A stretch of 64,000 nucleotides of DNA. Source: Methanotrichaceae archaeon (GTDB lineage Archaea; Halobacteriota; Methanosarcinia; Methanotrichales; Methanotrichaceae). The stretch is from NCBI GenBank assembly GCA_963803145.1, contig CAWDLW010000027.1:83786-147785 (forward strand), given 5' to 3'. Below, in pieces: positions 9,022-18,369 of this stretch. Positions within the stretch are counted from its first letter, which is position 1; every line of letters starts with the position of its first letter. The position numbers were made by a program, and so were the translations under genes. Below the pieces are notes generated by a model. The model did no database searches, had not been told where the DNA came from, and was given only the letters and a program-made list of their open reading frames with translations.

Positions 9022-10221
9022 ATGAGGTACGTAGCGGTATTTTTGGTAGCCATAGCCCTCATTGCACTTTCAAGCAGTGCGTTTGCAGAGGATGCAAAGG
9101 CTACAAATGATAATTGCCCGATTAAACCGACAACCTCCTGTATGCCTACAGGTGCAGATTGCCCGACAAGTAGTGGCTGTCCAACTGGACACCATTGCAC
9201 AACAGATAGCAGTTGTCCAACAGGATCAGGATGTCCGACTGGTTGTGGCTGTACAACAGGATCTGGATGCACTAGCGGTTCGAGCTGTCCAACTGGCTCA
9301 GGCTGCACAACCAACTCTGTCTGTGCGTCATGTAGCGGCTGCATAACCAACAGCGGTTGCCCAACCGGCAGCGGCTGTACGACAGGCTCTGGTTGCCCAA
9401 CAGGAACAGGCTGTATTACCGGCTCTGGCTGTACAACTGGCTCAGGCTGTACAACGGGTAGCGGATGCCCAACAGGTTCTGGATGTGCAACTGGATCAGG
9501 GTGTGCCACTGCCAGCAGATGTACAACTAATTCATTCTGTCCGACTAGCTGTGGCTGCGTGACAGGCTCAGGCTGCCCGACAGGGACAGGCTGTACAACT
9601 GGCACAGGCTGCCCGACTGGAAACCTCTGCACGACCGGCTCAGGCTGTACAACAGGCTGTGACTGCGCCACAGCATCTATTTGTCCAACAGGTAGCGGAT
9701 GCCCAACAGGTGTGGGTTGCTCAACAGGATCAACTTGCCCAACAGGTTCAGGCTGCTCAACCAATACGGTATGCCCTAGCGAAACAACCTGCGTAACCAA
9801 TTCATTCTGTCCGACATGTTCAGGATGCTTAACAACATCCTCTCGTCTGACAGGAGCTACATGTCCAACTGGCTCAGGCTGCACAACCGGCCCCAACTGT
9901 CCAAGCGGCACATCATGCATAACAGGTACGGGCTGTATAACTGGCACAGGCTGCACAACAGGAGCAGGGTGCACCAGCAGCACATCATGCCCGACTGGAA
10001 CGAGCTGCACCACAAATTCAGTCTGTCCATCCTGCAGCGGCTGCATAACCAATGCCAAGTGCCCGACAAGTACGGGCTGCACAACAGGCTCAGGCTGCAC
10101 AACTAACTCGTGCTGTCCAACAAGCAGCGGCTGTGTTACAACCCGTAACTGTCCCACCGGTAGCGGTTGCCCATGCAGTGGATGCAGGTGTCCGACAGGC
10201 TCATCTTCGCCGAAACATTAA
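9022..10221 (+). CDS. Secreted Cys/Thr/Gly/Ser-rich hexapeptide-repeat protein, function unknown
   Basis: GAGGAG RBS, an upstream TATA-like TTTATTATAAATA, signal peptide MRYVAVFLVAIALIALSSSAFA, then 56 C-x-T/S-x-x-x units. Confidence 0.85.
   Translation: MRYVAVFLVAIALIALSSSAFAEDAKATNDNCPIKPTTSCMPTGADCPTSSGCPTGHHCTTDSSCPTGSGCPTGCGCTTGSGCTSGSSCPTGSGCTTNSVCASCSGCITNSGCPTGSGCTTGSGCPTGTGCITGSGCTTGSGCTTGSGCPTGSGCATGSGCATASRCTTNSFCPTSCGCVTGSGCPTGTGCTTGTGCPTGNLCTTGSGCTTGCDCATASICPTGSGCPTGVGCSTGSTCPTGSGCSTNTVCPSETTCVTNSFCPTCSGCLTTSSRLTGATCPTGSGCTTGPNCPSGTSCITGTGCITGTGCTTGAGCTSSTSCPTGTSCTTNSVCPSCSGCITNAKCPTSTGCTTGSGCTTNSCCPTSSGCVTTRNCPTGSGCPCSGCRCPTGSSSPKH
9160..10167 (+). repeat. 18-bp degenerate coding tandem repeat, 56 units (consensus CPTGSG/CTTGSG)
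   Basis: Cys codon every 18 nt, with a single exception (CGT, Arg, in unit 39). Synonymous positions vary. Confidence 0.9.
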
Positions 10222-10450
10222 ATAGCTCTACCGGACCCGCATAGCTGAACCAGCGCTTCATAGTCTAAAGGACGCTTGGTTGATATGCTCTGCATGCATA
10301 CACATGAAGCCACTGGTATGCATGCAGTCGGTTATTTTTCTATTTTTAAGAAGGCTATTTTAGTTATTAATAGGCTGTACTTACTGGAAAATCAATTTTA
10401 TATAGTCTAGCCGCCAGTTAATAGATGTAATTGATTTTAGGAGGAATTGA

Positions 10451-10664
10451 ATGAGCGTAGAAGAAAACCCAAGGTTAATGAAAACGTTAGATGATGCTTG
10501 GAATGCAGGACCTGAAGGGCCCTGATGGGAAAATGATTCCTCCAACAAACAAGAAATTCCATATCGAGTTCTGTACGGTAGCTACATGGAAGGATGGCCA
10601 GATTGTCGAGGAAAAGCTGTTCTACGATTTGTTGGGAATGCTGAGGCAAATTGGCGTGATGTAA
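10451..10664 (+). pseudogene. SnoaL-like ester cyclase pseudogene with internal deletion and frameshift
   Basis: GGAGG RBS, then MSVEENPRLMKTLDDAWNAGPEGP*. A second frame gives KGPDGKMIPPTNKKFHIEFCTVATWKDGQIVEEKLFYDLLGMLRQIGVM*. These are the two termini of a SnoaL-type protein with the middle missing. Confidence 0.75.
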
Positions 10665-10694
10665 GGAGATAAAACTTACAAACTTTAATTTGAA

Positions 10695-12254
10695 CCTTAA
10701 CTCCGCGAATATGGGGAATAAATTGGGCTTTTAAGTGGTTATTTCGGCTCTAGATTCTTATTTGAGCGAAAGCTTAATTAACCTTTATTCCCCATATGGT
10801 GAATATGGAGACTTGGGCTAAAGAGTGGTTAGAGGATCAAAGAAAGAAAGGAGTTAAATGCCTTGAAATAAAACAGCATGGCGCTAAGCATTATGTTTAC
10901 CATTCCACGACACATTGGGATAAAACTCAAAATAAAGCGATAAAGACCTCAAAATATATTGGTAAACTTGATCAAGAGCGCGGTTTAATAAGGTCCCATG
11001 AAGAAGATAGCCAAAATGTAAAGGTTGAAAAGTCAACAAAGGTTAGAAGCATTACCGAGTACGGCAATGCCCTTTTGCTTCACGAAGCCATGAAAGACAT
11101 AAAACCGCTATTGATGGAAGGTTTTCCTAACAATTGGTCGGAAATTTATTCGCTTTCTATGTTGAGAGTTATGGGAAATGTCCCTTTAAAAAGAGCTGAA
11201 AGCGCATGGCAAAAGCTCTATAATGTGGAATCCATTGAACCTAATCTCAAGTCTCAACATCTCTCTAAAGTAATGCAAGATATTGGCGGCAACCGCAAAG
11301 GTCAGAGCATATTATTTAAGGGCCTTCTCGATCAAAGTGAACAGCTTGTATACGATTTAAGTTATATATTTTCGCGTTCTGTAAGCATACGTCAAGCAGA
11401 AAAGGGCTATAATAAAGATAAAATTCAATTACCTCAAATTAACATAGTGCTACTTTGTAACGCTGAAACTGGGCTGCCAACTATGATAAGATCCCTTCCA
11501 GGCAGTGTCAAAGACATAGCAACCCTGAGAAAATCCCTTTCTGAATTTGATATCCAAAACAAGATGCTCATATTGGATAGAGGTTTCTCCTCAGAAGATG
11601 TCTTTTCGGATTTAAATGAACTTGATATCTCATACCTTATTCCGGCGAAAAGAAATAGCCATTATTATGATACGCGCATTCACCTAAATAGTCACTTTCG
11701 CTACCGTAAGCGGCTAATTCGATGTGGTAGCAGAATGTGCAAAGACAAGTATCTCTATCTATTTGAAGATCAAGAACTCTTGCTTGAAGAGCGTAATACC
11801 CTTTACGATAAACTTGATAAAGGTGAGATTGATAGAAATCACTTTGATAAAAATTTTAAAAAAGCTGGAAGGATTTTAATTCTGTCAAATCGAAAGATGT
11901 CTGAGCAGGAAGCTTATGAATTCTACAAGAAAAGGGACGTTGTCGAGAAATTATTCGATACCTATAAATCAACTTTGTATGCAGATAGATTATACCTACA
12001 TAACGATGAAAGCGTTTTCGGACATGTATTTATTGGATTTTTATCTCTCTACGCATATTGTAAAATCGAATCTCTATTAAAGAAAGCCAATCTAAATAGA
12101 ACTATGATACCAATGGATTTACTATTTGAGTTTAGCAAAATATATCATATCGACTTTGGTGAAGAGGACGCTATTATGGAAATTCCTAAGAAAGTTCGTG
12201 ATCTAGATGTAAGGCTTAAACTAAATCTATTCCCCACGTAATGCGGAGTTAAGG
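10695..12254 (+). mobile_element. IS1634-family insertion sequence
   Basis: Terminal inverted repeats CCTTAACTCCGC...TGGGGAATA and TATTCCCCA...GCGGAGTTAAGG. 6-bp target duplication TTTGAA at 10689-10694 and 12255-12260. Confidence 0.9.
10796..12241 (+). CDS. IS1634-family DDE transposase
   Basis: YDLS, GYNKDK..LPQIN, PGSVKDI, ILDRGF and YKKRDVVEKLF motifs. Confidence 0.9.
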   Translation: MVNMETWAKEWLEDQRKKGVKCLEIKQHGAKHYVYHSTTHWDKTQNKAIKTSKYIGKLDQERGLIRSHEEDSQNVKVEKSTKVRSITEYGNALLLHEAMKDIKPLLMEGFPNNWSEIYSLSMLRVMGNVPLKRAESAWQKLYNVESIEPNLKSQHLSKVMQDIGGNRKGQSILFKGLLDQSEQLVYDLSYIFSRSVSIRQAEKGYNKDKIQLPQINIVLLCNAETGLPTMIRSLPGSVKDIATLRKSLSEFDIQNKMLILDRGFSSEDVFSDLNELDISYLIPAKRNSHYYDTRIHLNSHFRYRKRLIRCGSRMCKDKYLYLFEDQELLLEERNTLYDKLDKGEIDRNHFDKNFKKAGRILILSNRKMSEQEAYEFYKKRDVVEKLFDTYKSTLYADRLYLHNDESVFGHVFIGFLSLYAYCKIESLLKKANLNRTMIPMDLLFEFSKIYHIDFGEEDAIMEIPKKVRDLDVRLKLNLFPT

Positions 12255-12352
12255 TTTGAAATGAATACATGCAGCTTGCGGCGAAGAGTCAAACGGTTGC
12301 CACACACGGGCAACAGGGTATTACGTTTAAATGTAAAAAAAAATCTAAAGCC

Positions 12353-13978
12353 CTAGGTGGGCTCCGTGGAGTTAAAAATCTCAATCCTACCTTCCTCCTT
12401 TGGAGCCACAGGGCTATTTTTCTTGATATAGGCTGCCAGAGGGTCAACGTCGTTCACAGTGGTATCATACTTTCTCTCTGCCAGCATCTCAGCGAAGAGA
12501 TAGAAGCCATCTCCACCCGCGGCAGTAAAGCTTGGAACCACAGCCTCGTACCTCTTTAGCACATCGAGCGGCTCCCATGTGCCGTTCCTCTGCACAAAGA
12601 TCCCCGATACTCTTCTGCCTGGACTTATCATCTTTTTTAGCTTCCGTCCGTCGTAAGTGGCAGCAAAAGGCTCTGCGTTTCTATCAATCTTGAATTTGAT
12701 TCCGGCCACCTGCAGAAAACCACCCTCCTGGACCCCTGTAACCTCTGGATCAAGTGCTGCAGCGCTCACCTCTAGCATCTTCTTGATATCCTCGCCAGTC
12801 ATATTGATTAGAACGAGAGTGTTGCCGAATGGGAGGATGGCCTTAATGGTCTGGTATGAGATGGGTCCCTTAGGATAAATCCTGTCTCCACGTATTCCTC
12901 CTCCATTGGTTACAGCAATATCGGCCTTTGGGAACCAGGCAAGAGAGGCATCCGATATGAGGTTACCGAGCGGCATTTCTTGGCTTCGCACTAACTTACT
13001 TCTGGCATCCAGATCCACTGCAGTAGATCCTATCTCCTGAGATAGCTTTTTCTGGTAATCCTCAACAAAGGGTGCAAGATAGTCCCGGATGGCTGGATTA
13101 TAGCCGATGCTTTCGTTAAGGGGCACTGCTTGCCAGTGAGGACTCTCGATTCCTCTTCCTGTATAGGTGAAGCTCAAAACGCCCACGCGCACGGCGTTCA
13201 TACCATCCTGGACAATCAGCGTCCGCCAGCTATCGGGGCCATTTATGGAGGTATTAACGTAGGTATGATCATGTCCTCCCACAATCAGATCGATGCCAGA
13301 AACATTTCTCGCCAGATCTTCATCCTGGGCAGATCCCATATGGGAGATAGCTATGATTAGATCAGCACCCTGGCTTCTCAAAGTTTTGACCTGCTCTGAT
13401 GCTACAACCTCAACATCAGTTTTAACAGAGATGCCCCCTCCAGTATTGGCAAGCCTGTCAAGATCAGGGGTCATCAACCCGAAGAGGCCGATTTTAACAC
13501 CTGAGATATTTAGTAAGATCGAGGGTTTGATGGCTGACTTAAGCTCCGGATCCTTGACCTCAAGGTTGGCACAAAGAATAGGGAAGCCGACATGCTTAGT
13601 CGCATTCAAGTAAACAGGCCAGCCCATATCGAACTTGTGGTTGCCAGGACAGGCTGCATCGTAGCCAGCCATAGTCATGGCCTTCATCTCCGGCTCGCCC
13701 TGGAAGAATTCATAGAATGCCCCCATCAGGTCATCACCCGATGAGAGGAGCAATGATCCATCTGTGCTTGCTCTCACGCTTTTGGCAAAGGCGCTGATCC
13801 TTTCCAGACCGCCTTGCGATGGTCCTCCAGGGGTAGCGTTGAAGGGCACAACCCGGCTTTGCAAATCTGATGTAGTCATGACAGCCAGCTTTAGAGGAAC
13901 ATTGGCGGCATGGTCCATAGCAGGGCTTGGTGCTATCATAATGATACAAGCAATAATCCAAAAGAGACTGTTCTTCAT
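12353..13978 (-). CDS. Secreted bifunctional metallophosphatase / 5'-nucleotidase (UshA-like)
   Basis: Signal peptide, TSDLQS, SGDD, PGNHKFD, GGHDHT and NGGGIRG motifs, and a C-terminal 5'-nucleotidase domain. Confidence 0.9.
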   Translation of the reverse strand: MKNSLFWIIACIIMIAPSPAMDHAANVPLKLAVMTTSDLQSRVVPFNATPGGPSQGGLERISAFAKSVRASTDGSLLLSSGDDLMGAFYEFFQGEPEMKAMTMAGYDAACPGNHKFDMGWPVYLNATKHVGFPILCANLEVKDPELKSAIKPSILLNISGVKIGLFGLMTPDLDRLANTGGGISVKTDVEVVASEQVKTLRSQGADLIIAISHMGSAQDEDLARNVSGIDLIVGGHDHTYVNTSINGPDSWRTLIVQDGMNAVRVGVLSFTYTGRGIESPHWQAVPLNESIGYNPAIRDYLAPFVEDYQKKLSQEIGSTAVDLDARSKLVRSQEMPLGNLISDASLAWFPKADIAVTNGGGIRGDRIYPKGPISYQTIKAILPFGNTLVLINMTGEDIKKMLEVSAAALDPEVTGVQEGGFLQVAGIKFKIDRNAEPFAATYDGRKLKKMISPGRRVSGIFVQRNGTWEPLDVLKRYEAVVPSFTAAGGDGFYLFAEMLAERKYDTTVNDVDPLAAYIKKNSPVAPKEEGRIEIFNSTEPT

Positions 13979-14264
13979 GGCTATATCTCCATGTAGGCTG
14001 ACTTGTCATCACAGGCTAAAAATCTTTTCGGTTTGCATAATTATGCGATGGACGTCAGTCCCATCCACAGATCAATAAAAATAAGCTGAAGGCACCTGGA
14101 CATGTAGGTGCCCTCCTTTCAAGAGTGCATACCGATTGCTATATCAATCCATACTGATTAGTTCAATCCGCCAAGGCTATTTTGTATCTGGGGTTACTAC
14201 TATGAATATATATATGGATGTACGTTTTTGCAATTAAAACTGATTCAACAACCACTAACTACCC

Positions 14265-16409
14265 TCACTTTAAACCTTTAAAATGAATCCCACATCTAGT
14301 TCCATTGATTGTATCGAGACTCATCTTGCCATCGATCTGCTTAACAAGGGTATCTATCAGTCTGAACCCCAATGTCTTCGAGTCTTTGATATTCAGGTCC
14401 CCCTTGATCCCTATCCCGTTATCGCTTATAACAAGCTTAAAGCAGTCATCCTCAGAACTGAGATCTATACGGATCTCACCGCTCCTGCCACCTGGAAAGG
14501 CGTGCTTAATAGAGTTGGAGACCAGCTCGTTTATGATCATGCCGCAGGGAATAGCTGTGTTTATATTCAAAAAAATATTATCTGAATTAACTTTAAAGTC
14601 GATCTTGCGTGAGAGATCCCCATAAGATTGAGATAAATAGGCAATCAGCTGCCTTATGTATTCATTGAAATTGACCTTTCCTAGATTTTCAGATTTATAC
14701 AAATTTTCATGAATGAGCGCCATGGATTTGATCCGATTCTGGCAATCTTTGAAGATTTTTGTTATATTATCATCGACAAGCTCCGATGACTGTAGAGAAA
14801 GAAGAGCAGAGATCACCTGCAGGTTATTCTTGACACGGTGATGAACTTCTTTTAGCAGTAACTCTTTCTCAGCAAGGGACGCTATAACCTTTTCCTCGGC
14901 CTGCTTGCGCTCAGTTATGTCCAAAAGAGATGCGACACTTCTCTTTGTCCCAGGGATATTATCAATACGCAGTAGTATATCACTAACATGGCCATTCCTA
15001 TCTTTGGCTCTAAACTCGTAGCTCCTCAGGGCTGCATCGGGATCTATTCTTCTCAATTTGTGCTGCTCCATCATCCTTTTAAGGTCTTCTTCTACAGCGA
15101 ACTCTGTCCAGCTAATCTTGCCCTCAATCTCCCCTTTGCTATATCCAACAAACTTTTCGAACTCTGAATTGGCCAGCGATATGATAGTGTTCTCCTCAAC
15201 AATTATCGTTGCAGTGCCCGTATTCTCAAAAATGGCCCTGTACCTATTCTCCGATTCCAGCAGTGCCTTCTCTGCCACTTTGCGTTCGGTAATATCTTCG
15301 CCAGAGCTGAGGGTTCCGATAATGCAACCGTTTTCATCTTTGAGGATTGTAGTGTGCCACGCTATAAAACGCTTTTCACCTTTTTTAGTAAGAACGTAAT
15401 TCTCATAATATTCGAAAGCATCGATTTCACCTGAGTTGATTTTTCTGTTGACCTCATGAACTTGCTGGTGCTCTTGGGGAAGTAGACAGGTATGGATCCA
15501 ATCTTTGCCTATAAGTTCGCCTTCTTCATATCCAAGCACTTGATGGCCCTTCCGATTTAGGAGGGTTATTCTGGCATGGGTGTCAAGGGCCACAATGATG
15601 ACTTCCACAATGTTAAGGTATCTTTCTGCCAGATCTCGTTCTGCCCTGAGAGCTTCTTCTGCCAGCTTACGTTCTGTAATCTCTTCGGATAACATGGCAT
15701 TCTTTGCTCCCATCTTAGCAGTGCCTTCTCTGACGAGTTCTTCGAGGTGATCCCTGTGCTTTGCGAGCTCAGCTTCGGCCCTTTTGCGTTCTGCAAGTTC
15801 GTTGTCGGCACGTTCCAATGAATTATGCACGGATTGAAGTGCGGAAAAAGTAAGGCTGCCGGCTCCGCCAAAGATAGCTGTGTATGTGACCCACTGGCTG
15901 ATGGTGATTGAATAATTAGGAGGCGGCAATAGTCCCATAGTTTCTGCCATCATCAGTCCGCCGACCAAGAGAGAGCTGACGGCTGCCGTAACAATCATTC
16001 CCCTGAGGTCAAATAGCAAGCCCGCAGTAATTATCAGCAGCAAGTACATCGCTGTAGTGGGCACACGGATGGTGCCTAAACCTGCGATAATTGCTGTGAC
16101 ACCAATCAACCCCAAAGCTATCAGACTGATGCTCGTTAGATTTACTCTGCCATGACGCAGCCAGTAGTACAAGATTAAGCATAATATAAAACCCAGAGCA
16201 TCCATCCCAATCACAAATACCGGAATCTTGCCGCTAAGGAAATTGGCGATAACGATGACAGGTAGGACCACCAAAAGGTTAATCAATGCGAGGTTGAGCA
16301 TATTTGCTCGCCGCGTTTTGTCTTCCTCGTCTGGGAAAACTGGGGGCTCGAGCCATTGTTTGATTCGGAGATTCAGTTCTTCTCTTGGGATGGTTTTTGA
16401 AAATCTCAT
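14265..16409 (-). CDS. Membrane-bound PAS-PAS sensor histidine kinase (HisKA_2 type)
   Basis: N-terminal TM bundle, two PAS/PAC domains ending DITERK, EVHHRVKNNLQ, NELVSNSIKHAF and DNGIG. Confidence 0.92.
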   Translation of the reverse strand: MRFSKTIPREELNLRIKQWLEPPVFPDEEDKTRRANMLNLALINLLVVLPVIVIANFLSGKIPVFVIGMDALGFILCLILYYWLRHGRVNLTSISLIALGLIGVTAIIAGLGTIRVPTTAMYLLLIITAGLLFDLRGMIVTAAVSSLLVGGLMMAETMGLLPPPNYSITISQWVTYTAIFGGAGSLTFSALQSVHNSLERADNELAERKRAEAELAKHRDHLEELVREGTAKMGAKNAMLSEEITERKLAEEALRAERDLAERYLNIVEVIIVALDTHARITLLNRKGHQVLGYEEGELIGKDWIHTCLLPQEHQQVHEVNRKINSGEIDAFEYYENYVLTKKGEKRFIAWHTTILKDENGCIIGTLSSGEDITERKVAEKALLESENRYRAIFENTGTATIIVEENTIISLANSEFEKFVGYSKGEIEGKISWTEFAVEEDLKRMMEQHKLRRIDPDAALRSYEFRAKDRNGHVSDILLRIDNIPGTKRSVASLLDITERKQAEEKVIASLAEKELLLKEVHHRVKNNLQVISALLSLQSSELVDDNITKIFKDCQNRIKSMALIHENLYKSENLGKVNFNEYIRQLIAYLSQSYGDLSRKIDFKVNSDNIFLNINTAIPCGMIINELVSNSIKHAFPGGRSGEIRIDLSSEDDCFKLVISDNGIGIKGDLNIKDSKTLGFRLIDTLVKQIDGKMSLDTINGTRCGIHFKGLK

Positions 16410-16479
16410 TAATCTTCCCCGGCTTATGACATTCTTGTTGGTAGAGCGCTGAAATTTCGGTAAATACCATGGTTTTATT

Positions 16480-18010
16480 GAACATGCTCAATAGCAGGTA
16501 AAATTAGCCGACCTTTGGGATCATATCGGCTAATCTTGGCATAGAAAAGCTATTAGAATAAATATCCTTGACATACAAATAGAATCTAACCTTTTGCTTT
16601 CTGCAAGTATCAAGCATAGAAAGCAAATTCCCCCAGGCTGCTTTGCCTAACTCAGATCTAGTGCCATAGCTGATCTTTCTTTTTAGCACACCCTCGCGAA
16701 CAGCTATTTCAGATCCATTGTTGTGAAGAGGGATCTCCGGAAAATCGAGCATAAGGAGCAACTTATCTCGATCGCTATGGGTCGATGCTATCCGCTTGTC
16801 CAGTTCGAAGTATCCTGTAGTCGTTGTAAACAGGGATTCAAACCTTCGTTCAATTAACCTTCTGAGATCAATCTTTGGTTGGGATTTGAATTTCTTCAAT
16901 AAATCGTAGAACTTCCAAAGACTGGCAATGAATTTTTCCAGAATTGATCGGTGAAGGTCCAAATAAGGTTTCAACTTAATGTAATGCTGTATCTCGTGTA
17001 ACCAGCAGTGACCATGATGGCAAGCTATGCCGTCATATTGATGAGCACTATCGGTTACCATCGGAGTAGGCGTCAAGACTCCATCCAATAATCCGAGCAG
17101 GTCTCTAATTGTTTTTCGCTTCCTGTTTTTCTCGATAAAATAAGTAGAAAATTCTTCATTGCCGATATAATGCATATCGCCATTCTTGGCTGAATGCCTT
17201 GCGCCAGTACTATCGGTTTGGAAATACTTGGCGCACCTCATACCGGTTTCAAATATTGCTGATTTCTCAGCTGAGAAGACTCCGCTCTTCTCTTTAGTCA
17301 GTATATTTGAGATTTCGCCTTCTGAGATGAAGATACCAAAATCAGTTAAGATACTATGGATCTTGTTTTCAGTCACTCTGCCTGCATAATAAAATGTAGC
17401 AATGAGCGCCTTTAGGTCGCTGCCAAATTGGGTGTTCTGAATTTCCTTTGGAAGCTCAGCATAATAATGCTTGTCCAGTGACTTGGAATAATAGTGTCCT
17501 CGCCGATATTCGATATTATCAGTCTGTAGCTTGATATTTTGGATTATTACAGGTTCATACCCACGGTATACAGCATCCGGCGGCAAGATATCGGACTCGA
17601 TATCTAACCAAACTACTCGATTGATCTTTATCTTGGGATTCTTCGATCCCTTTGACCATTTCTTAGACTTCTCTGCTGATGCTTGTTTTGGTTCCAGATT
17701 AGGGATGTTTGGCGCGATCTTCGGTTTGCCCTTCAAACCTTTTAATCTTGCTATTTCATCACCTTGTTGTTGGATTATCTCATTTTGCCGCCGTATCACT
17801 TGAGCTTGATATTCTATAAAGTTGAGCAACTTTCGGAATAGCTCTTTAGTTGCCTCCTTGTCATCGAAGTCGATCTTATCGATATCAAGGGTTATTATTT
17901 CTTCTTCAATTGCCTTATCCACAAGTATACTTATTTAGTTTTCTCAGCATTTTTAATTTCTGAACGATACGTCTTAATCTGCTGATCTGAACAAGCTATT
18001 GAGCATGTTC
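16480..18010 (-). mobile_element. IS66-like single-ORF insertion sequence
   Basis: Perfect 16-bp inverted repeats GAACATGCTCAATAGC (16480-16495) and GCTATTGAGCATGTTC (17995-18010). 8-bp target duplication GTTTTATT at 16472-16479 and 18011-18018. Confidence 0.9.
16504..17922 (-). CDS. IS66-family transposase
   Basis: N-terminal coiled coil; QTDSTG, VTDS..QY, HGHCWLH and PLHNNGSEIAVR..V.KRKISYGTRS motifs. Confidence 0.85.
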   Translation of the reverse strand: MDKAIEEEIITLDIDKIDFDDKEATKELFRKLLNFIEYQAQVIRRQNEIIQQQGDEIARLKGLKGKPKIAPNIPNLEPKQASAEKSKKWSKGSKNPKIKINRVVWLDIESDILPPDAVYRGYEPVIIQNIKLQTDNIEYRRGHYYSKSLDKHYYAELPKEIQNTQFGSDLKALIATFYYAGRVTENKIHSILTDFGIFISEGEISNILTKEKSGVFSAEKSAIFETGMRCAKYFQTDSTGARHSAKNGDMHYIGNEEFSTYFIEKNRKRKTIRDLLGLLDGVLTPTPMVTDSAHQYDGIACHHGHCWLHEIQHYIKLKPYLDLHRSILEKFIASLWKFYDLLKKFKSQPKIDLRRLIERRFESLFTTTTGYFELDKRIASTHSDRDKLLLMLDFPEIPLHNNGSEIAVREGVLKRKISYGTRSELGKAAWGNLLSMLDTCRKQKVRFYLYVKDIYSNSFSMPRLADMIPKVG

Positions 18011-18369
18011 GTTTTATTAAATAAATGTATCGGACTTAAAATGAGCAAGGTTAATTCCTATGAAATGTATTTGATAATGATATTGCGAGGGAATTTATAA
18101 AAACCACGGTTCGGCCATAAATTTGAGATGTATAATTATGTTTCAATTATAGTATGTGTTTAGCTCACTTCAATCAACATCAGTAAACCATTTTTATGTA
18201 TTTCACATAGCCGGTTCCAAAGAGCTAACTTCAAGTAACTTCGGTTACAGATGTTGTTTTTCTATTTTGCGCAAGTTGCTGGTCGGCGTTCCTTCATCGA
18301 CCAAGATCGAGATCAAGCGAACGATTCTAGGAGAGCTAAACACATACCAATTACAATAGTTACTATACC

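Noticed and set aside
8964-10157. 397-aa minus-strand ORF with VGQPEP repeats
   Set aside because: Antisense shadow of the Cys-hexad gene. The plus strand has the RBS, TATA-like box and signal peptide.
9160-10167. CRISPR array or RiPP precursor interpretation of the repeat
   Set aside because: Units are contiguous, degenerate at third codon positions and have no spacers. There is a Sec-type signal and no YcaO, radical SAM or other maturase in the window.
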